A stretch of DNA of 64,000 nt, from positions 2,240,001 to 2,304,000 of the forward strand of contig OZ246001.1 of the NCBI GenBank assembly GCA_965230295.1, written 5' to 3'. The DNA is from Marinicella sp. (GTDB lineage: Bacteria; Pseudomonadota; Gammaproteobacteria; Xanthomonadales; Marinicellaceae). Numbering within the stretch: the first letter of the stretch is position 1; each line of letters opens with the position of its first letter. The notes beneath the pieces were generated by a model that had not been told where the DNA came from, made no database searches, and saw nothing but the letters and a program-made list of their open reading frames with translations. The translations under genes and the position numbers were made by a program. Positions 19,476 through 29,605 of this stretch are shown here, piece after piece.

Positions 19476-21053
19476 ATGGCACAAAATCGTGTACCCATCA
19501 GAAGGGTTCTGATCAGCGTTTCTGATAAAACCAACATAGAAATGTTGGCTTCTGGTTTGGCGCGTTTAGGCGTTGAAATTTTATCAACAGGTGGCACTGC
19601 AAAAATGTTGGAGCAAGCCGGCATGATTGTCACCGAAATTTCTGAATACACAGAGTTTCCAGAGATGATGGATGGTCGGATCAAGACTTTGCATCCGCGG
19701 GTTCATGGCGCCTTGTTGGGCAGAAACGGGGTTGATGATGATGTGATGTCTCAGCATGGTATTGAGGGCATTGATTTGTTGGTGGTGAACTTGTACCCCT
19801 TTGAATCCACCATCAAGAAAACCGATGTGACCCTGGATGAAGCCATTGAAAACATCGACATCGGTGGACCTGCCATGATTCGAGCCGCTGCGAAAAATCA
19901 TGATCGAGTTACGGTACTGGTGAATCCAAATGATTATGAAGAAATGCTGGATGAATTAACCACTTATGGTGGCATTTCACATGCCAATCGCCACATCTTG
20001 GCCGCCAAAGCTTTTGCGCATACGGCGCGTTATGATGGTTTGATTGCCAACTACCTCAGTGCCATCAACGACACTGGAGAACATGCCGATTTTCCACGGT
20101 ATTTCACCAACCAATTCAAACACCGCTCTGAATTGCGTTATGGTGAGAACCCCCACCAAAATGCCGCCTTTTATACCGAACAAAAACCCGATTCAGGAAC
20201 CATGGGCTATGCCTGGCAAATCCAGGGAAAAGCCTTGTCCTATAACAACATCGCTGATGCAGATGCGGCATTGTCATGCGTCAAAGAATTCAAAGATACA
20301 CCGGCCTGCGTGATTGTCAAACACGCCAACCCTTGTGGTGTTGCGGTCGAAACCGATCACACTTTGGCCTACCTAAAAGCATTTGCTACCGACCCAACCT
20401 CGGCTTTTGGCGGGGTGTTGGCCTTCAATGGAAAATTAACCGCAAAAACCGCTGAAACCATATTGGAAAAGCAGTTTGCCGAAGTCATTGTGGCCCCTGA
20501 GTTTGACAAAGCCGCTTTAGAGGTGTTCGCAACCAAGAAAAATTTAAGGGTCATTTGTTGTGGTGAGATTCCGGAACAAGACAAGCCCTGGTTGATGTAC
20601 AAACGTGTCAGTGGTGGTTTGTTGGTACAAGATGCTGACATCCAAATGATTGATGTCAATGATGCCCAAGTGGTCACCAAGCGCCAGCCAACCCCACAAG
20701 AATTGGTTGATATGGCATTTGCGTGGAAAGTGGGTAAATGGGTTAAATCCAATGCCATCGTGTATGCCAAGAATGCCCAAACCATCGGTGTAGGTGCTGG
20801 TCAAATGAGTCGGGTTGTTTCCGCCCGTATTGCTTCTATCAAAGCCGATGATGCAGGATTAAAAGTACCAGGGTCTGCCATGGCATCCGATGCTTTTTTC
20901 CCTTTCAGGGATGGTATTGATGCTGCAGCACAAGCCGGCATCACAGCAGTGATTCAACCCGGTGGTTCAATTCGAGATGAAGAAGTGATCGAAGCGGCCA
21001 ATGAACATGACATGGCCATGATATTCACTGGTATGCGCCATTTCAACCACTAA
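19476..21053 (+). CDS. purH: AICAR transformylase/IMP cyclohydrolase
   Basis: [36 protein letters not shown]. Confidence 0.98.
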   Translation: MAQNRVPIRRVLISVSDKTNIEMLASGLARLGVEILSTGGTAKMLEQAGMIVTEISEYTEFPEMMDGRIKTLHPRVHGALLGRNGVDDDVMSQHGIEGIDLLVVNLYPFESTIKKTDVTLDEAIENIDIGGPAMIRAAAKNHDRVTVLVNPNDYEEMLDELTTYGGISHANRHILAAKAFAHTARYDGLIANYLSAINDTGEHADFPRYFTNQFKHRSELRYGENPHQNAAFYTEQKPDSGTMGYAWQIQGKALSYNNIADADAALSCVKEFKDTPACVIVKHANPCGVAVETDHTLAYLKAFATDPTSAFGGVLAFNGKLTAKTAETILEKQFAEVIVAPEFDKAALEVFATKKNLRVICCGEIPEQDKPWLMYKRVSGGLLVQDADIQMIDVNDAQVVTKRQPTPQELVDMAFAWKVGKWVKSNAIVYAKNAQTIGVGAGQMSRVVSARIASIKADDAGLKVPGSAMASDAFFPFRDGIDAAAQAGITAVIQPGGSIRDEEVIEAANEHDMAMIFTGMRHFNH

Positions 21054-21071
21054 AAAATACAGGAATCAATA

Positions 21072-22343
21072 ATGAATCGAGTCTTAGTCATAGGATCAGG
21101 TGGGCGAGAGCATGCCCTGGCCTGGCGCTTATCACAATCTGATACAGTTGAAAAAACTTTCGTGGCACCGGGCAACGCCGGAACAGCTACTGAACCGAAC
21201 ATTGAAAACGTGGCTTTGGATGTGAGTGATTTTGCTGCCGTGATTGCCTTTTGTGAACAACAAAAAATCAATTTGGTTGTGGTGGGCCCTGAACAGCCAT
21301 TGGTGGATGGTATGGTGGATGCCTTGTCGGCGGCCGGAATCGCTTGTTTCGGTCCTTCAGCACAAGCAGCGCAGTTGGAAGGCTCAAAAGCATTTGCCAA
21401 AGACTTTTTACAACGCCATCAAATTCCCACAGCCGCCTATGGTGAATTCACTGACGTGGCTGAGGCCAATACCTATTTAGCTCAACAAGCATTTCCCATC
21501 GTGATCAAAGCCGATGGCTTGGCTGCAGGTAAAGGCGTGGTGATCGCTGAAGATTTAGGGCAAGCAGAAGCCACAGTGGCTGATATGCTGGCCGACAATA
21601 AATTTGGTGATGCCGGTAGTCGCATCATTATTGAAGAGTTCCTGGCGGGTGAAGAAGCTTCATACATCGTTATTGCCGATGGTAATAATTTCATTCCGAT
21701 GGCCACCTCTCAAGACCACAAAGCCCGTGATAATGGCGATGTTGGTCCGAACACGGGTGGGATGGGTGCTTACTCACCTGCACCCGTGGTTACCACGGAA
21801 ATTGACCAGCAAGTGGCAGAAAATGTGATTCAGGCCACCTTGGATGGCATGGCCAAAGACGGCATGCCATTTACCGGCTTTCTTTATGCTGGTTTGATGA
21901 TCGATGCCCATGGGCAAGCCAAAGTACTGGAATTCAATGTGCGCTTTGGTGATCCTGAGACCCAACCCATCATGACCCGCCTACAAAGCAATCTGGATCA
22001 GTTGTGCTTGGCAGCCATTGCTGGCGAACTGTCTCAAACTTCAGTTCAGTGGGATCCGCGCTTTGCTTTGGGTGTGGTGATGGCTGAAGAGGGTTATCCA
22101 TTCAGTTATGCCAAAGGCAACACCATCAATGGCCTAGATGAAGTTAATTCTGACATCAAAGTCTTTCATGCAGGTACTGCCATGAGTAATGATGATGTGG
22201 TTACCAGTGGTGGTCGGGTATTGTGTGTTTGTGCCATGGATGAAAACCTGGCAGCTGCACAGCAAAAAGTCTATGAGGCTGTGAACCAAATCACTTGGGG
22301 CAGCGAATATTTCCGCACCGACATCGGTTTCAAAGCGCTTTAA
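21072..22343 (+). CDS. purD: Phosphoribosylamine-glycine ligase
   Basis: GSGGREHA, KADGLAAGKGV, GPNTGGMGAY, EFNVRFGDPE. Confidence 0.98.
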   Translation: MNRVLVIGSGGREHALAWRLSQSDTVEKTFVAPGNAGTATEPNIENVALDVSDFAAVIAFCEQQKINLVVVGPEQPLVDGMVDALSAAGIACFGPSAQAAQLEGSKAFAKDFLQRHQIPTAAYGEFTDVAEANTYLAQQAFPIVIKADGLAAGKGVVIAEDLGQAEATVADMLADNKFGDAGSRIIIEEFLAGEEASYIVIADGNNFIPMATSQDHKARDNGDVGPNTGGMGAYSPAPVVTTEIDQQVAENVIQATLDGMAKDGMPFTGFLYAGLMIDAHGQAKVLEFNVRFGDPETQPIMTRLQSNLDQLCLAAIAGELSQTSVQWDPRFALGVVMAEEGYPFSYAKGNTINGLDEVNSDIKVFHAGTAMSNDDVVTSGGRVLCVCAMDENLAAAQQKVYEAVNQITWGSEYFRTDIGFKAL

Positions 22344-22361
22344 ATTGATATAGGTTTGGGT

Positions 22362-22389
22362 AAAAAGGGCGCATTATTGGCGTCCTTTT
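22362..22389 (+). terminator. Intrinsic terminator after purD
   Basis: AAAAAGGGCGC-ATTATTG-GCGTCCTTTT hairpin with T tail. Confidence 0.7.
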
Positions 22390-22451
22390 AACGTTCCAAG
22401 TAATCATTGGTGTTATACTGCAGGTTTTTAAGCGTACAAGTGTAAACTGAA

Positions 22452-23093
22452 ATGAGCAGTCAAACCGTCAAATTCTACCCACCATTAGAAGAAAAGTTGA
22501 ACATCGGTTCGCATGCATTGGGGGTGATTCTCAGTGTGACTGGGCTGGTGTTTCTGTTGCTGCAAGGATTTGCCGAATCGGGCTTCATTAAGCCTTTGGC
22601 ATACGCAGTTTATGGTGTCAGTATGGTGCTGTTGTATACCGTGTCAGCAACCTATCACGCCAGTAAGACCCCTGCATTCAGAAGTAAAATGCGGATTTTA
22701 GATCATGCAGCGATCTACTTACTGATCGCCGGGACCTATACCCCTTTTATGTTGATCACCTTACCAGGAACTTTGGGTTATTCAATTCTGGCCGCTGCTT
22801 GGGGCATGGCTGTTGTGGGCATTGTACTGAAGATTTTTTACACCGGGCATTTTGTGGTGTTATCAACTTTACTTTATGTCTTCATGGGCTGGGCGATCGT
22901 GTTTGCCATCAAACCATTGGCGGCCAATCTGGATGCCGCAGGCTTGTCATGGTTGATAGCCGGTGGTGTGGCTTACACCGTGGGTGCTGTGTTGTATGCA
23001 ATCAAAAAAATACCATTCAACCACGCCATCTTCCATGTATTTGTGTTGATTGGCAGTGCCTGTCATTTCGTTGCTGTCTATAACTACGTCTGA
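22452..23093 (+). CDS. Hemolysin III / PAQR-family membrane protein
   Basis: EEKLNIGSH, SATYH, DHAAIYLLIAGTYTP, HAIFHVFV; multiple TMs. Confidence 0.92.
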   Translation: MSSQTVKFYPPLEEKLNIGSHALGVILSVTGLVFLLLQGFAESGFIKPLAYAVYGVSMVLLYTVSATYHASKTPAFRSKMRILDHAAIYLLIAGTYTPFMLITLPGTLGYSILAAAWGMAVVGIVLKIFYTGHFVVLSTLLYVFMGWAIVFAIKPLAANLDAAGLSWLIAGGVAYTVGAVLYAIKKIPFNHAIFHVFVLIGSACHFVAVYNYV

Positions 23094-24149
23094 TCAATCC
23101 ATTGCCTGACAATCCATGTTGAGGTGCTCTAGGCGATTGATCATGGTCTGGGTGCCAAAGCATTGCATCTGATCATTGATGATCAAAACCTGTTCAATGC
23201 CCATTTGCTCAGCAATGGCTAACCAGTCATCTGAGCCAGCGACCACCAAAGCAGTGGCTGCTGCATCGGCAGCTATGCCTGATTCTGCCACCACTGTGGC
23301 GGAAACCACCTCACCCACTGGCATGCCCGTTTGGGGGTTGATGATGTGTGCGTAGCGTTGGCCATCAAATTCTTTGTACCTTTGGTAGTTGCCTGAGGTG
23401 AACACCGCTTCATCTTTCTCAAGCAACAACTCGGCCACCATCGACCAATCTGTGGGAGACTGAATGGCCACTCGCCAGGGCGTTTCACCTTTGTTGCCGA
23501 TGCTCCTGAGGTCACCTCCGGCATTAACGATGGCATGGTTGATGCCGTGTTGTTGCAATATTTGAATCGCTCGATCAACGGCGTAACCTTTGGCGATGCC
23601 ACCAAAGTCGAGCCACATATGGGGGTTGTCACTGCGGAGCATCAAACCATCAAATTGCAAATTATTGACAGTCAATTGTTGCCTGATGAGGTGGTTGATG
23701 TCGGCTTCAGCAGGGGGTGGCGTCAGCAAAGGGTAGTCATCGGTATGAAACCCCCACAGGTTGATCAACTCACCGATGGCGGGATTGAACAGGTGATTTG
23801 AAATTTGTGCCTGCTTGATGGTTTGTTTGATGAAATTATATTCTTCCCGGGTCAACGCAATGGTCTGTCCATTGCGCAGTGCGGCATTGATGTCGGACAA
23901 ACGCCCGGGTTTCCATGCATGCCATTGTTTGTGCATGCCGTTGAAAGTTTCACTGATCTGATCAATGGCGGTTTGGGTTTCTTCGGTGTCAGGATGCCAG
24001 ACATTGATCTCAACCAAGGTACCAAAGACAAACAGTTGGTGTTTGGTGACTTGGCTGACTTGACTGGTACAGGCCGATAAAAGTATGACACAGATCAAGC
24101 TTGTTAATCTTTTATTAATATTCGTGTTGATAATCATTATCATTAGCAT
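23094..24149 (-). CDS. apbE: FAD:protein FMN transferase (ApbE lipoprotein)
   Basis: Lipobox LSAC, DFGGIAKGYAVD, NAGGDLR, TSGNYQR, HIINP; exact start uncertain (ATGs lie in or next to the Fur box). Confidence 0.93.
   Translation of the reverse strand: MLMIMIINTNINKRLTSLICVILLSACTSQVSQVTKHQLFVFGTLVEINVWHPDTEETQTAIDQISETFNGMHKQWHAWKPGRLSDINAALRNGQTIALTREEYNFIKQTIKQAQISNHLFNPAIGELINLWGFHTDDYPLLTPPPAEADINHLIRQQLTVNNLQFDGLMLRSDNPHMWLDFGGIAKGYAVDRAIQILQQHGINHAIVNAGGDLRSIGNKGETPWRVAIQSPTDWSMVAELLLEKDEAVFTSGNYQRYKEFDGQRYAHIINPQTGMPVGEVVSATVVAESGIAADAAATALVVAGSDDWLAIAEQMGIEQVLIINDQMQCFGTQTMINRLEHLNMDCQAMD
24128..24142. promoter_or_regulatory. Fur box between divergent apbE and porin
   Basis: TGATAAT-C-ATTATCA, a perfect 7-1-7 Fur consensus. 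Confidence 0.85.
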
Positions 24150-24185
24150 TACAATTCGCTCACTTTTTAAAATTATCTAAGCGTT

Positions 24186-25394
24186 ATGAAAAACAAAGTT
24201 CTGATTTTAGCATTGACCTGTTTCTCAGTGGTTGCTACTGCACAAGAAGAAGCACCCAGCATGGAAGAAATGTGGAAGATCATTCAACAACAACAAAAAA
24301 CCATTGAAGCCTTGCAAGAAAAATTGATTGAGCAAGACAAGACTGTGGTAGAAAACACCCAACAAGTCGAAGCTCAGCAAGAAGCCATTGCTGTGGTGGC
24401 AGATGCCATAGAAGAACAAAGTGAACCTGTTGACCGCGTTAAAATTGGTGGTTATGGCGAGTTGCACTACAACAATTTAGATTCAGGCGATGAAATTGAC
24501 TTTCACCGTTTTGTGATGTTCTTTGGTTATGATTTCAATGAACGCACCCGTTTTTTCTCGGAGTTTGAATTAGAACATGCCCTTGCTGGCGACGGTAAAC
24601 CTGGCGAGGTTGAATTGGAACAAGCTTACATTGAGTATTTGTTCAATGACACCACCAAAGGTACTGCAGGTGTGAGTCTGGTGCCTGTGGGTATCTTGAA
24701 CGAAACCCACGAACCCAATACTTTTTTCGGGGTAGAGCGCAACAACGTTGAGAAAAACATCATTCCATCAACTTGGTGGGAAGCGGGTTTGGGCTTCAAC
24801 AAAGAGTTCAATGATAAGTTGGGCTTGGATCTGATGGTTCACAGCGGCCTAAACACCCCAACTTCAGGCAGCAAAGCATTCTTGATCAGAAGTGGTCGTC
24901 AGAAAGTGGCAGAAGCTGTGGCTTCAGATTTTGCTTACACGGCCCGTTTGCGTTACAACCCCATTCCTGGTTTGAAATTGGCTGCCACCTATCAGCATCA
25001 GTCAGACCTGACACAAGGTGCTTTGGATGTGGGTGCTGACTTGTTTGAAGTCAACGCACAATACTACCGCAATGGCTTTGGTTTGAAAGCTTTATACGCC
25101 ATGTGGGATCTGGACAACAACGTCAACACAGTCAATTCAGCCCGATCAGAACAAATGGGTTATTTCGTTGAACCTTCATACCGTTTCGGTGATAATCGTC
25201 AGTTTGGTGTGTTCGCTCGTTATTCTGTTTGGAACAACAACGCCGGTGACAACAGTGCATTGGATGTTGAGCAAATGGACATTGGTATGAACTACTGGTT
25301 GACAGATCGAACCGTATTTAAATTTGATTACCAAGACCAAAGTGAGGGTGGCTCAGATGACGGCTTCAACTTAGGTGTGGGATACTCGTTCTAA
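24186..25394 (+). CDS. Outer-membrane beta-barrel (porin-like) with N-terminal coiled coil
   Basis: Signal peptide, Gln/Glu coiled coil, IGGYGELHY...ELEQAY, C-terminal GVGYSF. Confidence 0.8.
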   Translation: MKNKVLILALTCFSVVATAQEEAPSMEEMWKIIQQQQKTIEALQEKLIEQDKTVVENTQQVEAQQEAIAVVADAIEEQSEPVDRVKIGGYGELHYNNLDSGDEIDFHRFVMFFGYDFNERTRFFSEFELEHALAGDGKPGEVELEQAYIEYLFNDTTKGTAGVSLVPVGILNETHEPNTFFGVERNNVEKNIIPSTWWEAGLGFNKEFNDKLGLDLMVHSGLNTPTSGSKAFLIRSGRQKVAEAVASDFAYTARLRYNPIPGLKLAATYQHQSDLTQGALDVGADLFEVNAQYYRNGFGLKALYAMWDLDNNVNTVNSARSEQMGYFVEPSYRFGDNRQFGVFARYSVWNNNAGDNSALDVEQMDIGMNYWLTDRTVFKFDYQDQSEGGSDDGFNLGVGYSF

Positions 25395-25403
25395 ATTAAT
25401 TCT

Positions 25404-25937
25404 TTGAAGCAACTGAAATTCCAAATTGTTGTGATGATCAGCCTGTTGGTGGCAACACCGGCAGGCTGGTCTTACACGGTCGAAGAAAAATTCAAGATCG
25501 AACAATTTCTCAATGCACAGTTTGACCATAACATCCCTAAGCCCAACAGATTGTGGGTCAAAGGCGACATGAAGACCGCCATCAAAGGCATTCTGGACAG
25601 GCCGGCAAAAAAACTCAATTACCGCTATTGGCAAGCACAAGGCAAGACCATTTGGTTACTCAATGAAATTGGCAAGGAGCGTGACATCACCACCGCAGTA
25701 GTAGTGAAAAACCAACAAATAGCTGAAATCAAAGTGATTGTCTATCGAGAATCACGGGGTGGGGAAGTCCAGGTGCCCTGGTTTTATGAGCAATTCATCG
25801 GTGCTCAGCAAGGTCAAAAATGGCAGCGCAGTATCGACAGCATCAGTGGTGCCACCTTGTCAGTCAACGCGATGAAGAAGCAAGCTGAATTGGCCTTGTA
25901 TTTGAGTGAATCCTTAATCAGCTCAAAAGCGCCATGA
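25404..25937 (+). CDS. Exported FMN-binding (flavinylated) domain protein
   Basis: Signal peptide, YRESRGGEV, flavinylation motif DSISGATLS. Confidence 0.85.
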   Translation: MKQLKFQIVVMISLLVATPAGWSYTVEEKFKIEQFLNAQFDHNIPKPNRLWVKGDMKTAIKGILDRPAKKLNYRYWQAQGKTIWLLNEIGKERDITTAVVVKNQQIAEIKVIVYRESRGGEVQVPWFYEQFIGAQQGQKWQRSIDSISGATLSVNAMKKQAELALYLSESLISSKAP

Positions 25938-26662
25938 GGTTACGCAAAGCTTTAAGAAAAATACACCGCTGGGTTGGTTTGTTGTCTGCACTTTGGTTGT
26001 TACAATTGGCCGTCACAGGCTTGTTATTGCAACATGCGGATGATTTTAACCTGACCCAAATGCATGTTTCATCACCCAAAGTTTTGCAATGGTTTGGTTA
26101 TGGAACCAGACAGCAGATCATCACTGTGCAAGATCAAAATCTGTATCAAATTGATGAAGTGGTGGGTTTTGATGAACACAAAATTCCAATCACTGGCCAA
26201 CTGGTGGCAGCAGTTCGATCGATCGATATCCAAGGTCAGGACCTTTGGGTGTTGGCAACAGCCAATTCGCTGTATTGGATCAACCCACAAGGTGAAATAA
26301 TCCAACAATTGGATGACTTCGATGGTTTACCGACGCCAGTCAGTGGGTTATTCAGTGCCGAAGGTAAAGTCAATGTGGCCAAAGGAAAGCAATGGTATCA
26401 ACTGTTGAAGACCGGTGATTTCGTGCCACTCACTGGTCAGTTCAGTTCTCCCGAAATTTTTCGCAGCATGAGTTCAGCAGAACAAGACCAATACTTTGAA
26501 GCGGCTTTACAAGGTAAGCTGAGCTACGACAAAGTTTTGCATGGCATCCATGCCGGCATTCAAGGATCGAAATGGTTGAATTCATTGTCAGCCCTGGCAC
26601 TTCTGTACCTGAGCGTTTCTGGTATCTACTTGTTCTTTAAACAGCCAAAACGAAAGCGCTGA
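25934..26662 (+). CDS. PepSY-associated TM-helix protein
   Basis: RKIHRWVGL...TGLLLQH first TM; LHGIHAG and SGIYL second TM. Confidence 0.8.
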   Translation: MRLRKALRKIHRWVGLLSALWLLQLAVTGLLLQHADDFNLTQMHVSSPKVLQWFGYGTRQQIITVQDQNLYQIDEVVGFDEHKIPITGQLVAAVRSIDIQGQDLWVLATANSLYWINPQGEIIQQLDDFDGLPTPVSGLFSAEGKVNVAKGKQWYQLLKTGDFVPLTGQFSSPEIFRSMSSAEQDQYFEAALQGKLSYDKVLHGIHAGIQGSKWLNSLSALALLYLSVSGIYLFFKQPKRKR

Positions 26663-26749
26663 AAACATTTCTGATATTTTTAACTGTCCATGCATCTGAA
26701 TCGGTGTTTGGTTGACTCTATAGTAGTGTTATCAATCACAGAGGTTTTT

Positions 26750-27112
26750 ATGCATACAGAAGTCGTTGTTTTGTTTTTCATTGTGGGTTCATTGGCAGCC
26801 ATCATTTTGGTCCATTTGATGAACACCCATAAAACCCGAATCAAAACCCATGAGCTGTTAGAGAAGAGCATTGAAAAAGGTTTTGACGTCACTCCTGAAA
26901 TTCTGGACAAACTCAATAACGTTAAATCCTCTCGATTCAAGGACTTTCGCCGTGGTATCATCATGTGTGCCATTGGTGTAGCGGTGTTCTGCTTCAGCCT
27001 GGTGATTCCACAAGATGACGGGGCGGTGTTTTTCAGGGCCATTTCGCTGTTTCCATTTTTTATTGGTGCAGGATTTTTATTGGTGTGGAAAGTCAACAAA
27101 TACGAAAATTGA
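26750..27112 (+). CDS. Small membrane protein (DUF6249-like)
   Basis: GAGG RBS before ATG 26750; IEKG...DFRRGII; three TMs; precedes an ECF sigma. Confidence 0.65.
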   Translation: MHTEVVVLFFIVGSLAAIILVHLMNTHKTRIKTHELLEKSIEKGFDVTPEILDKLNNVKSSRFKDFRRGIIMCAIGVAVFCFSLVIPQDDGAVFFRAISLFPFFIGAGFLLVWKVNKYEN

Positions 27113-27675
27113 AGCTGGTGAACCAAGATTCTATCTTGTCACTGGTCAACCGTGTGGTCAGCAAAGACGACCACACGGCTTTTTCGCGGTTGGTCCAAAT
27201 CCACCAAAGTGTGATTCGACATTTCCTCAGAAGGCTCACCGCAGGTAACCACACTTTGGCCGAGGATCTGGCCCAGGAAACATTTCTGTTGGCCTACCAA
27301 AAGATTCATCAGTTTCGCTCCAAAGGCACCTTCAGTGCCTGGTTACACACCATTGCTTATCGGCTGTTTTTAAGAGCGGTTGATAATGTTCAGATGGTGG
27401 CATTTGATCCTGAGTTGCACCACAAAACTGAAACCACTCCACCGACCATGGCACCTTCAGATGCCGACATCTATGCCGAACAGCTGATGTCGGTATTGAA
27501 TCACAAAGAACGGGTGGTGATCACTTTGTCCTGCTCGGCCGGGATGAGTCATGGCGAAATTGAAGCCGTGACCCAATTGCCTCTGGGCAGCATCAAATCC
27601 TTGATCCAAAGGGGCAAACAGAAAATCCTTCAATTTGCCCAGCAAGACCTCAACACACAACAGGCACAAACATGA
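27085..27675 (+). CDS. ECF RNA polymerase sigma factor
   Basis: AEDLAQETFL, FSAWLHTIA, sigma4 GSIKSLIQRGK; true start may be TTG 27109 or GTG 27118. Confidence 0.9.
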   Translation: MESQQIRKLKLVNQDSILSLVNRVVSKDDHTAFSRLVQIHQSVIRHFLRRLTAGNHTLAEDLAQETFLLAYQKIHQFRSKGTFSAWLHTIAYRLFLRAVDNVQMVAFDPELHHKTETTPPTMAPSDADIYAEQLMSVLNHKERVVITLSCSAGMSHGEIEAVTQLPLGSIKSLIQRGKQKILQFAQQDLNTQQAQT

Positions 27676-27956
27676 ACGATCCAGTCCTGAAAGATTTACT
27701 GAACTATCACCAGCCTTTGAACGATGCCGAATTCAGTCGCCAATTATTGGCGAAAATCACGGCTGCAGAGCGCCAGCGCCGTTTGATCATGTGGTTTTTT
27801 TCAGTGGTGGGATTGGTCCTCAGTGCCGTGTACCTGGTTTCGGTCTCTGCGGTTTTTAGTTGGACCAGTTTGATGACACCCGTCAATGGTCTGTTGCTGT
27901 TCAGCATCGGCTTGTTTGTGGTTTGGCTGTGGACTGATACTTTGGCCAGTCATTAG
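27672..27956 (+). CDS. Small membrane protein, putative anti-sigma factor
   Basis: ATGA overlap with the sigma gene; D.EFSRQLL..I helix followed by two TMs. Confidence 0.6.
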   Translation: MNDPVLKDLLNYHQPLNDAEFSRQLLAKITAAERQRRLIMWFFSVVGLVLSAVYLVSVSAVFSWTSLMTPVNGLLLFSIGLFVVWLWTDTLASH

Positions 27957-27982
27957 CAGCCAACAACTTAAGTTGACAATCA

Positions 27983-28090
27983 GGCTTCGACTCCGCTCAG
28001 CCAGCGGACATTCTTACGCCCATAAGTATTTATTAAGCTTCGTCTGAATTTAGTCAACGGTTACCGTTCACTGAGCGGAGCCGAAGTGAA
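27983..28090. repeat. REP-like inverted pair, copy 1
   Basis: GGCTTCGACTCCGCTCAGCCA (27983) ... CCGTTCACTGAGCGGAGCCGAAGTGAA (28064-28090). Confidence 0.8.
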
Positions 28091-28185
28091 CATTACCCGG
28101 ATTTTGTCTCAGTAATTCATCCATCTTAGCCAAGCACATCTGGGTATCTGGTAAACTGATTGTCAATGCAACCAAGGAACCTGTC

Positions 28186-29436
28186 ATGAATCCAGAGCAA
28201 CCAAGCTATTTAATTCAATCCGATGCCGTGCTCTTCGGTATCTTGGCCCTGATTTTGGGTCTGGTGTTTTACACCAAACAAAGCAAGCATCCTATATTCG
28301 TCAAATTTTATACCTATGTACCGGCTTTGTTGATGTGCTACTTGTTGCCGTCATTCCTCACCACTTTTGGACTGGTGGATCCTGATGCATCGAATTTATA
28401 TTACATGGCGTCCAGGTATTTGTTACCTGCCGCATTGGTGTTGTTGACCATCAGTGTTGATTTGAAAGGCATCATTCGGCTGGGCCCCAAAGCAGGGATC
28501 ATGTTTCTGACCGGTACTTTGGGTATCGTGATTGGTGCGCCGGTGGCGTTCCTGGCCACCCGTGCCATGTTCCCTGAGGCCTTTGCCGCATCAGGTGCAG
28601 AAGACATTTGGCGTGGCATGACCACCTTGGCTGGCTCCTGGATTGGTGGTGGGGCCAATCAGGCCGCCATGAAAGAAGTGTGGCAAGTGTCAGATGCGGC
28701 CTTTACGCAGATGGTTGCGATCGATGTGGTGTGGGCCAATATCTGGATGGCGATCCTGTTATTGATGGCAGCCCGATCTGCCAAAATCGATGCCAAAACC
28801 GGGGCTGATGTTTCAGCCATTGAGCGGATTAAATTGAAAATGGAAACCTTCCAAAAAGAAAATGCCAAAGCCGTCACCTTACCTGATTTGGTGTTCATGG
28901 CGGCCATTGCTTTTGGGATCACCGGATTGGCCCATGCCACAGCCAATTGGTTGGGGCCAGCCATCAGGGACAGCTTTCCAGTCCTGGCTGAATTGAACCT
29001 GCATTCCACCTTTTTTTGGTTGGTGATTTTGGCCACTTTGGGTGGCGTGCTGTTGTCGTTCACCCGCGCCAGTAAATATGAAGGTGTTGGCGCTTCTGGC
29101 ATCGGTTCTTTGTTTGTTTACATCTTGGTGGCCACCATTGGCTTGAAAATGGACGTCACCCAAATCAAACCCTTCTTGTTTGTCATCGGCGGTATATGGA
29201 TCAGTATCCATGCTGTGTTGTTATTGGTGGTAGGAAAGTTGATCAAGGCGCCGGTGTTTTTCCTTGCAGTGGGCTCACAAGCCAATGTGGGTGGTGCTGC
29301 ATCTGCCCCAGTGGTGGCATCGGCTTTCCATTCGGCCTTGGCACCTGTGGGTGTGTTATTGGCGGTCTTTGGCTATGTGGTCGGCACCTCGGCGGCGATG
29401 TTGACCGGTATTATTTTGCAGTGGTTGGCGGGGTGA
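28186..29436 (+). CDS. DUF819-family multi-pass membrane protein (putative transporter)
   Basis: GSWIGGGANQAAMKE, GSQANVGGAASAPVVA; many TMs. Confidence 0.85.
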   Translation: MNPEQPSYLIQSDAVLFGILALILGLVFYTKQSKHPIFVKFYTYVPALLMCYLLPSFLTTFGLVDPDASNLYYMASRYLLPAALVLLTISVDLKGIIRLGPKAGIMFLTGTLGIVIGAPVAFLATRAMFPEAFAASGAEDIWRGMTTLAGSWIGGGANQAAMKEVWQVSDAAFTQMVAIDVVWANIWMAILLLMAARSAKIDAKTGADVSAIERIKLKMETFQKENAKAVTLPDLVFMAAIAFGITGLAHATANWLGPAIRDSFPVLAELNLHSTFFWLVILATLGGVLLSFTRASKYEGVGASGIGSLFVYILVATIGLKMDVTQIKPFLFVIGGIWISIHAVLLLVVGKLIKAPVFFLAVGSQANVGGAASAPVVASAFHSALAPVGVLLAVFGYVVGTSAAMLTGIILQWLAG

Positions 29437-29519
29437 TCAAAGGCGCGTCAGTCATCCCGAGTGCAGCCGAAGGTTACTGTTCATAGCCAGTACGACGGCA
29501 AGAAGATATGTTTTGCAAA

Positions 29520-29573
29520 GGCTTCGACTCCGCTCAACCAACGAATCCGTTCACTGAGCGGAGTCGAAGTGAA
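29520..29573. repeat. REP-like inverted pair, copy 2
   Basis: GGCTTCGACTCCGCTCAACCA-ACGAAT-CCGTTCACTGAGCGGAGTCGAAGTGAA; degenerate half-site GTCATCCCGAGTGCAGCCGAAGG at 29451-29473. Confidence 0.8.
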
Positions 29574-29605
29574 GCTGTTAGAAAAAGTATGACAAAAAAC
29601 CAGTT

